64,000 nt of DNA from a bacterium (GCA_043811375.1 JBDRNJ010000072.1:167053-231052); one strand, 5' to 3'; shown: positions 51,184 through 62,347, counted from the stretch's first letter. Notes: generated by a model not told the origin, from the letters alone. Made by a program: numbers and translations.

Positions 51184-51966
51184 TTAAGATGACGGTTTCG
51201 CTGACCAATAGCCTCTCTCATCCTTTGAAAACACGAACGGCCATAGGAACTCCGGCAAATCAACACGGTAGGGAGCCTTTCTTTTTAACTCACTCTCGGC
51301 CTCTCTCCGGGCTTTGAAAAACTCTGCTATGAAATCCGACGTGATGGAGAACAGATTGTTCCAAGTGTTCAACTTCAGCGATGGTATGCTGTAATCCTTA
51401 CTGCCATCGTGGTTCTGGAACGTCACAAACTCGCCGATGATCAAAAACTCCGAGTGAGTAAAAGCATTTCGTATCTGGTTCGAATAGACAGTAGTGACAA
51501 AGTTCGACAATTGCAGATTCAAGGACTGGGCCTGTTTACGTAGCTTCCTGAAGAGCTTGTAAGTTTCTGGCCGACTGTCGAGGAACAGCCTCGGAACGTA
51601 CTTGTCGCCGACAGCTATACCGACCAACTGTTGAAGCAGTCGCTGAATCCCGAGGCATTCCCAGAATTAACTATACGCCAACATATGTAGCCGACGAACA
51701 AAGTTTGCGTCCTCTAGATCTGGAAAGTTCTGCATCGAGACAGCGACTCTACTGAAGTATTCAGCAAACTGCTGTACAACCCATGATCGTGTAATCTCGC
51801 AGTGCAAGGAACTTCTGCCTTCATGGGTTATTCTCTCAAGGTCGATGATTGCACAGAAGAATCTCTCTTCAGACTTGGCTCGGGCTTCAGAGAAGAGCTG
51901 CTCCACAACCCTTACGGGATCTGGACAAGCTGCCAGACGCATAGCAAAGTCATCATCATCAAGCAT
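51184..51966 (-). pseudogene. Putative HEPN-motif protein interrupted by one in-frame TAA
   Basis: ORFs 51667-52014 and 51184-51627 share a frame and read through as ...MLAYS*FWECLGIQRLLQQLVG...; the C-terminal part has IRNAFTH (RxxxxH). Confidence 0.65.
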
Positions 51967-52225
51967 AGCCGAACTTGGACCTTTCTTTTTGAAATGGTGT
52001 CCCAAACATGCCACAAGAACCGTCTTCTAAGAGATAGCAAATTGTAAGTGGTGTCAATAGGGCAGATAAAGAAAAATAGCGGTGCAGGGGTTTGAACCCC
52101 GGATTCCTCAAGAGGGTTTTTTACAACCCCTTTAGCCTCTTTAGGTCGGAACCCCTGTGGTTCCGACATCATGACCGGACATGTCAGGTGCACCCGCGTT
52201 AACTGGTAATCTCCCAGGTGACCGA

Positions 52226-54397
52226 CTACGGACACTGTGGTGGTGCCGGGCCTCCCTGAAAAAGATAGGCTACCAGATACGTCAGGTCACCCACGTCAGT
52301 AGCTTCGCTGCCGTCAACATCTCCGTTATGCACACACGGCGGTGGGGAACCGCCCTGAAACAAAAAGTTTACCAGATAAGTGAGGTCACCCACGTCTATA
52401 CTACCCTCGCCATCGACGTCACCCCGCTGAGTACAACACTCCTGATGGAAACTGCTGCCCAGAATGATCAACGAGTACTCGTCAGCCAAAAGGACCCGGT
52501 TATGCCATACGAAGATCTCGGATGATGGCCCCGGAGTAGAGAACTCCGCCAACAACGACGGATGGTTGGGGACGCTTACGTTAACCACCTGCAGGTCGTA
52601 CTTACGATCAGCCAGGTAGGCGATGCTGTCCTGGACGTGGACACCGTAAGTCGAACCATAGGTGTCGTAACTGCCGGCAAGCACCGGCAGAGCCGGGTTG
52701 CTGACGTTGTATATCAGCAGGCCACCGTTGGAGATGACGCCGTGTCCGATAAAGGCAAGGCTGTCGCGCACGAAGATATCATGGCTCATACCGGAAGTGT
52801 CATCCCCCAATAAAACCGGAAGGGACGGGTCGCTGACGTTAATGATCTGCAAAGCACTACGGTAATCCGACACATATGCCAGACTGTCCTGTACGGTGAC
52901 GCCTTTGGCGATATCAGGGGTGTTGCAGGTGCCAAGTCCGGCCGGCAAGGATGAATCACGGATGTTGACAATATGGAGACCATCGTACCCACAGGCCAGA
53001 TAGGCTAGACTGTCCCGGATACAGATCCCCTGAACGTAGTCGACAGCAGTGTAGCTGCCTACTGAGGCGGGGCTGGACGGATTACTGACATTGATGATCT
53101 GAAGGTCCCCGTCGGTGACGTAAGCGAGATTGCCCCGTACAAACACATCCGACGCCGGTCCCGAAGTACTGAAGCTGCCGATCCGTGAAGGTCGGGTGGG
53201 ATCGGCAAAGTTGACTATCTGCAAACCGCCACGACCATGGGCTACATAGGCAATGCCATTGTCGGCAAAGATTCTGTTCGGCTCATCGGGAGGAGTCTCG
53301 CAGCGACCGATCTCTGTTGGTGCCGACGGGTTGGCAACATTGATGATTCGCAAACCACCGCCTTGATAGTCATCAGGATCTTCCCATCTGCGACAGAAAA
53401 AAACAATGCTGTCCGTAATACCGATACCGGTTACGGCAGCCAGGGTGTCGTACAAACTGACCGGAGTCGGTGTTGCCGGATCAGCTACATTGAAGATCCT
53501 CAGACCACCGGACATATAACAGCCGACATAAGCCATATCACCGTGGACAGCTACACTCTGGCAGGGCATGTAGCCTTCGGACTGGCCTACCTGTGACGGG
53601 TCTGATGGGACGCTTATATTGATGATATTGAGACCCTGGTAAAAGTCGGCCAGAAAAGCCAGCGTGTCCTGAAGACAAATATCCAGCGCGTAATCAAACG
53701 GCGAACCGTAGTTGCCGATCAGCACCGGGGCGGCCGGGTTGGCGACACTGACAATCTGTAGAGCATAGTCCCCGCCGACGATCCAGGCGTCACCGCTCAT
53801 ATAAGCCAACTGATCGCGTACGGTAATGGCCGTGACCGGAGCCGGACTGGTATAAGTACCGAGCCAGACCGGAGCGGAGGGATTAGTGATGTTGATGATG
53901 TGCATTCCTACCGAAGATTCGATCACGAAGGCCAGGCTGTCCTCGACAAATATGTCTCCAGCCGAGCCGAGTGATTCATACACACCCACTATGGCCGGCT
54001 GCGTCGGGTCTGATACGCCTATCATTAACAGTCCTCCGGAACCATCCGCCAGGTAAACGATACTGTCCTGCTTGAAAACAGACTGGCCCTGTCCCGCAGC
54101 AAAGACGGACGCTACCATGAGCGGCTGGCTGAGATCCGAGATGTCGACAATCATCATGCCGCTGATAAAGGCGCAGTAAGCGTAGTCACCGTCTGTAACC
54201 ACGTCATTGATTCCGGTCCACAGGCAACTGCCGAGGTACTCGATCAGGGGATCGCCATTCGGTGTCACCAGCCGATCCGGTGGCGGTACTCTACCGGGTT
54301 CAGCGGGAGGCGGGGTAGCTGCGGCCATGACACCGATTGTCAACAGCGGCAGGAGGGAAACTGTAATTCGTGCGACTTTGCTCTTGATGAACACCAT
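52226..54397 (-). CDS. Secreted LVIVD-repeat (beta-propeller-like) protein with dockerin-like domain
   Basis: More than ten V.V.DSLAY.AD...GLQIINVSNP..P repeats and a dockerin tail; ATG 54397 has RBS GAAAGGA. Confidence 0.92.
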   Translation of the reverse strand: MVFIKSKVARITVSLLPLLTIGVMAAATPPPAEPGRVPPPDRLVTPNGDPLIEYLGSCLWTGINDVVTDGDYAYCAFISGMMIVDISDLSQPLMVASVFAAGQGQSVFKQDSIVYLADGSGGLLMIGVSDPTQPAIVGVYESLGSAGDIFVEDSLAFVIESSVGMHIINITNPSAPVWLGTYTSPAPVTAITVRDQLAYMSGDAWIVGGDYALQIVSVANPAAPVLIGNYGSPFDYALDICLQDTLAFLADFYQGLNIINISVPSDPSQVGQSEGYMPCQSVAVHGDMAYVGCYMSGGLRIFNVADPATPTPVSLYDTLAAVTGIGITDSIVFFCRRWEDPDDYQGGGLRIINVANPSAPTEIGRCETPPDEPNRIFADNGIAYVAHGRGGLQIVNFADPTRPSRIGSFSTSGPASDVFVRGNLAYVTDGDLQIINVSNPSSPASVGSYTAVDYVQGICIRDSLAYLACGYDGLHIVNIRDSSLPAGLGTCNTPDIAKGVTVQDSLAYVSDYRSALQIINVSDPSLPVLLGDDTSGMSHDIFVRDSLAFIGHGVISNGGLLIYNVSNPALPVLAGSYDTYGSTYGVHVQDSIAYLADRKYDLQVVNVSVPNHPSLLAEFSTPGPSSEIFVWHNRVLLADEYSLIILGSSFHQECCTQRGDVDGEGSIDVGDLTYLVNFLFQGGSPPPCVHNGDVDGSEATDVGDLTYLVAYLFQGGPAPPQCP

Positions 54398-54418
54398 CTG
54401 TGTCCTTTCTGTGCTGTT

Positions 54419-54447
54419 AATATACACCAAATAGACTTATCAGTCAA
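54419..54447 (-). promoter_or_regulatory. Putative sigma70 promoter of the LVIVD gene
   Basis: Minus strand TTGACT-17 nt-TATATT. Confidence 0.55.
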
Positions 54448-54613
54448 TCGTTTAGATGCTGTGCGCTCCTCCCCGGGAACCTTATACCGCTAATTAGTGT
54501 TTGTTTCAGTTATGACAGTGACCGGAATTGAGCGTCAGAAAAGCCGTGACTTTTTCACAATTCTGTGTACATTGATTGCGGTTGATATTAAACAATATTG
54601 AGGTTTGACAACT

Positions 54614-54937
54614 ATGCTGCAGATAACCGACACCGCCAGTAAAGAGATTCAGCAGGTACTGGGCTCGGACCAGTCCAACGGCAAACAGTTAGTCTTATAT
54701 TTCCAGGGTTTTGGCTGAGGCGGGCCCTCTATGGGCATGGCTCTGGATGAGCCAAAGGAAAAACTCGAGAAGCTGGAATCAAACGGCGTAACCGCCTATA
54801 TCGAACCCGAACTCAGGCAGATGCTCAAACAGTACGGGCAGATTCATATTGACTACATCTCCAACGAGATGCAGGGCAGCGGATTCACCATCAAAGTCGG
54901 CAACCAGGATTGCAGCAGCAAGGGTTGTAGCTGTTAA
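54614..54937 (+). CDS. HesB/IscA-like selenoprotein (Sec at codon 35, TGA 54716-54718)
   Basis: MLQITDTASKEIQQVLGSDQSNGKQLVLYFQGFG-U-GGPSMGMALDEP...DCSSKGCSC; GUGGP..ALDE signature; hairpin downstream of the UGA. Confidence 0.88.
54738..54754 (+). promoter_or_regulatory. Putative bacterial SECIS apical stem-loop
   Basis: TGGCTC-TGGAT-GAGCCA starting 19 nt after the UGA, with G early in the loop. Confidence 0.7.
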
Positions 54938-55178
54938 CCTGCCCGTCCGCTCAACCGGTCAATCCCCCCACTCTTTCTTCGACCTGTCTGAATACCGGCG
55001 GCACCGGGCTCAGACCGCCCCACCCGTCCATTTTCCCAAACCCGCTGAATCAGTAAAAAAAATCAATTGAAACGGCCGGGGGTATTGACATTTGCCGCCA
55101 CCCGTATATATAGGCATCTGAAATGTTTCACTTAGTGTAAGTATTTGTTAATTGTAGTTACTAACGGTAATTGCTTAA

Positions 55179-56540
<1,362 letters not shown>

Positions 56541-56576
56541 GCCACTCGTGGCTCACATACTTTGAATCGAACAGAC

Positions 56577-56606
56577 GGGACGGGCTTTGGCCCGTCCCTT
56601 TTTTTT
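56577..56606 (+). terminator. Intrinsic terminator of gdhA
   Basis: GGGACGGGC-TTTG-GCCCGTCCC-TTTTTTTT. Confidence 0.9.
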
Positions 56607-56631
56607 ATGTCGCAATCTGCCTGAAAGCGAA

Positions 56632-56659
56632 GAAATCCACCTAAAAGGTGGGCCACCCC
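56632..56659 (-). repeat. GGTG-headed REP-like palindrome
   Basis: Reverse complement GGGGTGGCCCACCTTTTAGGTGGATTTC; related copy at 60523-60548. Confidence 0.6.
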
Positions 56660-56852
56660 AGCCCTCTTGTCTTCGGACATTCACCCTGAATCACACCTGT
56701 AAAGGTTTTGCACAATCTACCGATTTGTAATAGATAACGGCTGTACTTCGCAAATGAAAAAACGCTTGGATACACCCTGGGTTAAGGGGAAGTTCAAACG
56801 GCGAGAGCTGTAAGACAATGAAAATGTCAATTAGTCACCTGGGGCAGATATC

Positions 56853-57989
56853 ATGACACGGAGCCCAAAAACCAACATACGGGAATTGGCTATCCTTTTA
56901 GCGGCCACCATCTGCGTCTATTTTCTTTCGTGTACCTTTGATATTTCTGAAAAGATCGTCGAGTTTACCGAATCGATGGAGTCATTACAGGTTGATGAAA
57001 TCATTCCCTCGCTGATATTCTTCAGCCTATCTCTGGTGTGGCTAATCAAGAGGAAACACACCAACGGCACTATCACCGGATTAGGGATATTTCGCAACAT
57101 CACCGAGCGCAAGAAAGAAGTAAAAGAGCGTCAAATGCTCGAAATGGAAATACACCAGGCCAGAAAACTTGAAGCGGTTGGCTCTCTGGCATCCGGAATT
57201 GCGCATGAGATAAATACACCGATTCAGTTTGTTGGGGATAATACCAATTTCCTATCCGATTCCTACAAAACCGTGATGTCCCTTCTTGAGACATACGAAG
57301 ACCTGTGGCAACAGGCCAAGGCCGGAGGCGATTTGGCGAGCCTGGATTCCAAGAGAGTCAAAGCTGCAGAAAACGCCGATTTGGAATACCTCAAAGAAGA
57401 AGTCCCTTCTGCGATTGAACAAACACTGGATGGTGTGCAGCGGGTTACAAAAATTGTTCGTGCTATGAAAGACTTCGCCCATAGTGATCAAGGGACAAAG
57501 TCCACCTCAGATATCAACGACATGCTGGCAAGTTGCCTGACAGTCAGTCATAATGAGCTGAAATATGTAGCCGATGTCGAAACCGATCTTGATCCTGAAC
57601 TTCCAGATGTTGAGTGTTACCGGGATGATCTGAATCAAGTATTCCTCAATCTGCTTATCAATGCCGCTCACACGATTGCAGATGTAGTTGGCGATGCATC
57701 GGCCGGCAAAGGTACTATCACGGTTTCTACACTGCGAGATAAGGATAATGCAATCATTAAAATCAGTGATACAGGCAAAGGGATTCCTCAATCGATTCGA
57801 GACCGCATCTTCGATCCTTTCTTTTCGACAAAAGATGTTGGAAAGGGTTCCGGGCAGGGTTTGTCCATTGCCCGTAAGATTGTAATGGAAAAACATAAAG
57901 GACATCTAGGTTTCGAAACTGAGGAAGGCAAAGGTACTACCTTTATCATTCGTCTGCCGATTACTATCCCGGAGGTTGTGAAGATATGA
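56853..57989 (+). CDS. Membrane-bound sensor histidine kinase (NtrB-like)
   Basis: H-box LASGIAHEINTP, N-box QVFLNLLINA, DTGKGI, FFSTK..GKGSGQGL; two N-terminal TMs and a PAC remnant (RNITERK). Confidence 0.93.
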   Translation: MTRSPKTNIRELAILLAATICVYFLSCTFDISEKIVEFTESMESLQVDEIIPSLIFFSLSLVWLIKRKHTNGTITGLGIFRNITERKKEVKERQMLEMEIHQARKLEAVGSLASGIAHEINTPIQFVGDNTNFLSDSYKTVMSLLETYEDLWQQAKAGGDLASLDSKRVKAAENADLEYLKEEVPSAIEQTLDGVQRVTKIVRAMKDFAHSDQGTKSTSDINDMLASCLTVSHNELKYVADVETDLDPELPDVECYRDDLNQVFLNLLINAAHTIADVVGDASAGKGTITVSTLRDKDNAIIKISDTGKGIPQSIRDRIFDPFFSTKDVGKGSGQGLSIARKIVMEKHKGHLGFETEEGKGTTFIIRLPITIPEVVKI

Positions 57990-58092
57990 TGAACAGACTA
58001 CTCTTTGTTGATGACGAGCCAGATTCGATGGCTTCCTACCTACAACACAAACTGTTGTCAAGTTTGCAGACAAAAAGAAAAAGGGGCACACC
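57986..58092 (+). pseudogene. Receiver-domain remnant
   Basis: MMNRLLFVDDEP overlaps the kinase stop (ATGA), then similarity is lost. Confidence 0.55.
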
Positions 58093-59313
58093 GTGGATCA
58101 AAAAAAACGAATTCTGTTTGTCGATGACCAGCCGAATGTTCTGGCAGGTATGCGGCGCATGCTTCATAAAATGAAGGATGAATGGGAAATGACGTTCTGC
58201 GAAAGCGGGAAAGAAGCCCTTGCTATTATGGAGAAGCAATCATTCGATCTTATTGTCTCTGACATGATGATGCCGTTAATGAATGGCGCACAATTGCTAA
58301 CAGAAGTTGCCAAACGTTATCCGGGGATTGTTCGTTTCATTTTGTCGGGCCATTCGGATAGAGAGCTTATTCTGCAATCCGTGGGATATGCTCATCAGTA
58401 TATTGCAAAGCCATGTGATTCCGATAAGCTGAAGCAATACATAAGTAGTTCTTTCGGGCTTCATCAGATACTATCCAACCCGAAATTGCATGCCAGGATT
58501 GCCGAAGTAAAAACACTTCCGACCCCCCCAAAAATCTATAATGAAGTTATACATGAACTTCAGTCCGAAACTGCTTCGATTGGTTCTATAGCCAAGTTGA
58601 TCAGCAGGGATATCAGTTTAAGTGCAAAGCTCTTACAAATGGTCAATTCAGCGTTCTTCGGGCTGCCCCAGCATATCGAAAGTGTAGCACAAGCTGTAAA
58701 CTATCTCGGTTTGAGCACCGTTCAGAGTCTGGTGCTGACCGCTGGTGTTCATGATCAACTAAAGCACGCTGGTATACCTGAGGCTTCGCTTGAATCAGTC
58801 TTTAATCACAGCATGGCTGTGGGTGGTCATGCCAAGAAAATCGCCCTTGAGATCGGATTGCAGCAACGGGACTCTGAAGATGCGTTATTGGCTGGAATCC
58901 TGCACGATGTCGGTAAATTGGTAATGCTGGCCAGCTTCAAAGATGAGATGAGTACTGCAATCAGAATGGCACAGGAAAAGTCAATAGAGCCATACCTGGC
59001 TGAAAAAGAAATACTCGGCGCAAATCATGGTGAGATCGGAGCACACTTGCTTTCTCTGTGGGGACTACATGATCCAATTCTGGAAGCTGTAGCGTTTCAT
59101 CATAATCCTCAGCATACAACGCAACCCACCAAGAATATATTAACAGCTGTACATATAGCAAATGCGATTGACAATTGCAGACCTGGTGATGGCGGTGTGT
59201 CCTTATCTGCCCTGGATAAAGAGTATCTTGAGGACCTTGAGCTTATCGATCAGCTACCGCATTTGCTGGAATGCTGTAAGTTAGAAATTGTCGAAGAAGG
59301 AATAACACAATGA
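58093..59313 (+). CDS. Response regulator with HDOD output domain
   Basis: ILFVDD...SDMMMP...KP receiver; LPTPP, AKLLQMVNSAFFG, LHDVGKL, FHHNP. Confidence 0.93.
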   Translation: MDQKKRILFVDDQPNVLAGMRRMLHKMKDEWEMTFCESGKEALAIMEKQSFDLIVSDMMMPLMNGAQLLTEVAKRYPGIVRFILSGHSDRELILQSVGYAHQYIAKPCDSDKLKQYISSSFGLHQILSNPKLHARIAEVKTLPTPPKIYNEVIHELQSETASIGSIAKLISRDISLSAKLLQMVNSAFFGLPQHIESVAQAVNYLGLSTVQSLVLTAGVHDQLKHAGIPEASLESVFNHSMAVGGHAKKIALEIGLQQRDSEDALLAGILHDVGKLVMLASFKDEMSTAIRMAQEKSIEPYLAEKEILGANHGEIGAHLLSLWGLHDPILEAVAFHHNPQHTTQPTKNILTAVHIANAIDNCRPGDGGVSLSALDKEYLEDLELIDQLPHLLECCKLEIVEEGITQ

Positions 59314-60506
59314 TCGAACGATATATGGAAAAAATCCTGATTGTTGATGATGAAAAGAACTTGCTGGCTGGACTGGAACGACAGCTTCGAGGGACTTTCA
59401 ACGTTGTAACTGCCGATAGTGGTCTAAATGGACTCCGGGCGTTGCAAGAGAACGGACCGTTTGCAGTCATCGTTTCTGACATGCGTATGCCGGAAATGAA
59501 CGGGATTCAATTTCTGGTAAAGGCAAGTGAAGTAAGCCCGGATGCAGTTCGTATGATGCTAACGGGTAATGCCGATCTTGAGACCGCAATGCATGCGGTA
59601 AACGAGGGAAATATCTTCCGATTCCTGACGAAGCCATGTCAGATGGCAACAATGGAATGGGCTTTAGCGGATGGGATAAAGCAATATCGATTGGTTATGG
59701 CTGAGCGTGATCTACTTGAAAACACACTTAAGGGAAGCGTCCAGGTATTGACGAGTATTCTGGAATTGGTAAATCCTCTTGCTTTCAGCAGGACTTCCAG
59801 AATCCGGAATTATGTCAGTCAGATATGCAAACGTTTGAATGTTGAAGATATTTGGCAGTATGAATTGGCCGCAATGCTGTCGCAAATCGGATGTGTTGCT
59901 GTGCCGTCAGAGACTCTGTCAAAAGTGTATGCTGGAGGTGACTTGTCCGAAGAAGAACTACAAATGTTTAGAGATCACCCTCAGCTTGGAAAGCAGCTAC
60001 TTTCGAATATACCCAGACTTGAAAAAGTATCAGAAATGGTATCCGGTCAACTGACAGGTATTCAGGAGACTGCATCTGACAGTGATACAATACCATCAGA
60101 TCCAGGATTGCTCGGAGCACAAATACTGAGAACAGCGATGGACTTCGACAACTTGATCTCGCGGGGCAAATCTGCCACACACGCTCTCGGCGAAATGAAG
60201 TGCGATAGGAATGGCTACCACCCTTGCATTCTTCGGACACTACGGGAGATCCAGGTTGCGCAAGTTGAGATGCAATCGAAGGTAGTCAATATCCGTGATT
60301 TGAATAATTCGATGATTCTCGCCGAAGATGTAAGCTCCAAGGGGGGTGTTCTATTAGCTGCCAAGAACCAGCAAGTGAGTCTCTCGGTTAGCAGATTACT
60401 GAGGAATCATATTGAACAGAAGACGATACAGGAAACGGTCACTGTACTCATACCGAGTAGTAAGCTAAGGAAAGCAGATACGACACTGGTACCAACTACA
60501 TCGTAG
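59310..60506 (+). CDS. Response regulator with degenerate HD-GYP-like domain
   Basis: Receiver (VDDE, SDMRMP, TKP); AAMLSQIG in place of HDIG; HP..G...L..IP. Confidence 0.88.
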   Translation: MIERYMEKILIVDDEKNLLAGLERQLRGTFNVVTADSGLNGLRALQENGPFAVIVSDMRMPEMNGIQFLVKASEVSPDAVRMMLTGNADLETAMHAVNEGNIFRFLTKPCQMATMEWALADGIKQYRLVMAERDLLENTLKGSVQVLTSILELVNPLAFSRTSRIRNYVSQICKRLNVEDIWQYELAAMLSQIGCVAVPSETLSKVYAGGDLSEEELQMFRDHPQLGKQLLSNIPRLEKVSEMVSGQLTGIQETASDSDTIPSDPGLLGAQILRTAMDFDNLISRGKSATHALGEMKCDRNGYHPCILRTLREIQVAQVEMQSKVVNIRDLNNSMILAEDVSSKGGVLLAAKNQQVSLSVSRLLRNHIEQKTIQETVTVLIPSSKLRKADTTLVPTTS

Positions 60507-60522
60507 AACGATACGTATAGGC

Positions 60523-60548
60523 CGGGTGGCTCACCGTTTAGGGTGAGG
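60523..60548 (+). repeat. GGTG-headed REP-like palindrome
   Basis: CGGGTGG-CTCACC-GTTTAG-GGTGAG-G. Confidence 0.6.
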
Positions 60549-60578
60549 TACAAGCCCTGGCAACTGTTTGGAATATCT

Positions 60579-60929
60579 TCACCCCCCCGACCACTGATAC
60601 CGTCTCAGGTCAATCGTGCCGTTGCGGTTGAACGATATCCCCTCGTCTTCAAGCATCGCCCGTTGCTGTTCATAACCGGACCCGGGTCGCAGTGATATCC
60701 GTCCCTGACGGTTAATCACCCGGTGCCAGGGCAGCTTCTCTTTGGTGCTGGAATTGTGCAGTACCCGCACCACCTGACGAGCGCCCCGGGAATCACCGGC
60801 CATCACAGCAATCTGCCCGTACGTAGCTACTTTGCCCCTGGGTATCTTCTTGATGACGTTGATGGCTCGTTGTTGAAAGGTAGTGATCACTCCACTGGAG
60901 CCCTCGTTACGATTGCCGTCCATGCTCAT
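60579..60929 (-). CDS. Alkyltransferase-like (ATL/YbaZ-type) MGMT-family protein
   Basis: IPRGKVATYGQIA, ARQV, PWHRV (Trp replaces the catalytic Cys); start uncertain. Confidence 0.9.
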   Translation of the reverse strand: MSMDGNRNEGSSGVITTFQQRAINVIKKIPRGKVATYGQIAVMAGDSRGARQVVRVLHNSSTKEKLPWHRVINRQGRISLRPGSGYEQQRAMLEDEGISFNRNGTIDLRRYQWSGG

Positions 60930-61034
60930 CAATACTTCACGCAGCCGTCGATGCAAGCGTTGTTTGGCGCCACCGGGAATGATCCCGGTTTCAGTGTTGC
61001 CCAAGAATCAGTGCTATCTCAGCAATACGACAAA

Positions 61035-61175
61035 CTATAGTACGCTGCCTATGTCCACCCCAAACGCCAAAACCACAAAGGCGCAGATCACCAGCAACCC
61101 GACCACTGCTGCCACTATGCCAATCACACCCCAGGCCGAGCCTGAGAGTCCCAGTGGCTTTGTTTGATTTTCCAT
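61035..61175 (-). CDS. 46-aa single-TM small protein
   Basis: MENQTKPLGLSGSAWGVIGIVAAVVGLLVICAFVVLAFGVDIGSVL with RBS AAGGAAGG; shorter than any ORF in the track. Confidence 0.6.
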   Translation of the reverse strand: MENQTKPLGLSGSAWGVIGIVAAVVGLLVICAFVVLAFGVDIGSVL

Positions 61176-61368
61176 TAGACCCTTCCTTACTCTGGTTTAC
61201 CTCACCAGTTTAGTACGATAGAATCCGATCAGAGTTGCAGGTATATTACCTGCCGATGCGTCACATATAAATCGCACTGTGTCTGAATGATCGTAATGAC
61301 ATAGTCGATGCATGTTAACATGTTACGCTCGATGCTATCGCCCGTCAATCCTTGAAACCCAGGTCAAG

Positions 61369-61499
61369 GGGTTTGTTGAAAAAGTCCCATTCTCGTCATT
61401 GCGAGCGACAGCGTGGCAATCTCGGATATTGAATGTTAACGAGATAGCCACGTCGCTTCGCTCCTCGCTATGACGTTTGTTAGGTTTATCAACAGGCCC
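61369..61499. mobile_element. 131-bp MITE with 15-bp imperfect TIRs and CAAG target-site duplication
   Basis: GGGTTTGTTGAAAAA...TTTATCAACAGGCCC flanked by CAAG (61365-61368, 61500-61503); the empty site GGGCAAGCCCC is visible in the paralogous copy near 62615. Confidence 0.8.
61394..61475. repeat. CGTC-type paired palindrome inside the MITE
   Basis: CGTCATTGCGAGCGACAGCGTGGCAATCTC ... GAGATAGCCACGTCGCTTCGCTCCTCGCTATGACG. Confidence 0.8.
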
Positions 61500-61576
61500 C
61501 AAGCCCCGGGTCACCGGGCACTACATCGATAAGTTTTGATTGGCCATATACCGCTGTCGACAGTTTAATAGTAACT

Positions 61577-62347
61577 ATGATTAAGATACTCAAGAAGACA
61601 ATCAAGTGGATCGGAATAACGATCGCAGTGGTGATCGTTATAATTCTTCTGTGTCTCGGCGTGCTGACCACTCCGGGGCCATTTATGCCCGAGGATAAGC
61701 AATACAGAGCCATAACGGTTCACACCGAGATTCCTATCGGGTCGGAGACAGATTTAATAATGTCCGAGATACTCACGCGCCTTGATGCTGTTCCTATTTA
61801 TGATCCCGATAGAAAAATGAATCTCTGCCTCTGTTCAACCCAGGACAAGTTCAGTTTTTTTGCCCGGTTTACTCTGCGGGATAAACGAGTAATGGGTTAT
61901 TGTCTTTGGGGAAATGGTTATGTGAATTTAGATTTCATTAAAGAACTGGCCGTTAAAACAGGTGGGCAACCAAAATACCATACACGCGAAGGAAGTGTTG
62001 TACATGTGGCCACTCACGAACTGATGCATCAATATTTGGGTGATGCATACGGTGAAATTGCCTCTCGATTCCTGCCCACTTGGAAGGTGGAAGGATATTG
62101 TGAGTACGGGGTTAATCATTTTGTCGCGCCGCGCGACAGCGGTTATACCATTCCGGAGAGGATAGATATCTACCTGGATGACTCCCAATGGAACCCTACG
62201 GCAAGGACCCACCGACCACACTACATCTGGGGCCTGATGATGGAGTACCTCATAAACGTAAAGGGTATGAGCTTTGAGCAGGTAATGGCCGACAGCGTGA
62301 CCAAAGACGCAGTCTATCAGGAGATGATGGTGTGGCGAGAGTTATGA
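61577..62347 (+). CDS. Membrane-anchored HExxH zincin-like metallopeptidase
   Basis: N-terminal TM; ATHELMHQY; PTWKVEGYCEY (third ligand Glu). Confidence 0.8.
   Translation: MIKILKKTIKWIGITIAVVIVIILLCLGVLTTPGPFMPEDKQYRAITVHTEIPIGSETDLIMSEILTRLDAVPIYDPDRKMNLCLCSTQDKFSFFARFTLRDKRVMGYCLWGNGYVNLDFIKELAVKTGGQPKYHTREGSVVHVATHELMHQYLGDAYGEIASRFLPTWKVEGYCEYGVNHFVAPRDSGYTIPERIDIYLDDSQWNPTARTHRPHYIWGLMMEYLINVKGMSFEQVMADSVTKDAVYQEMMVWREL

Larger units (their letters stand above)
61270..61523 (-). mobile_element. RAYT (REP-associated Y1 transposase) 5' remnant, copy 1, interrupted by a MITE
   Basis: Homologous to 62521-62643; ATG 61313 gives MHRLCHYDHSDTVRFI. Confidence 0.6.

Noticed and set aside
51667..51669. 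Recoded stop (Sec/Pyl) in the HEPN-like gene
   Set aside because: The codon is TAA, and other genes in the window use TAA as a normal stop.
52080..52230. tRNA or defined ncRNA in a palindrome-rich spacer
   Set aside because: No cloverleaf or T-loop could be built; it looks like degenerate REP-like hairpins (e.g. GTCGGAACC...GGTTCCGAC).
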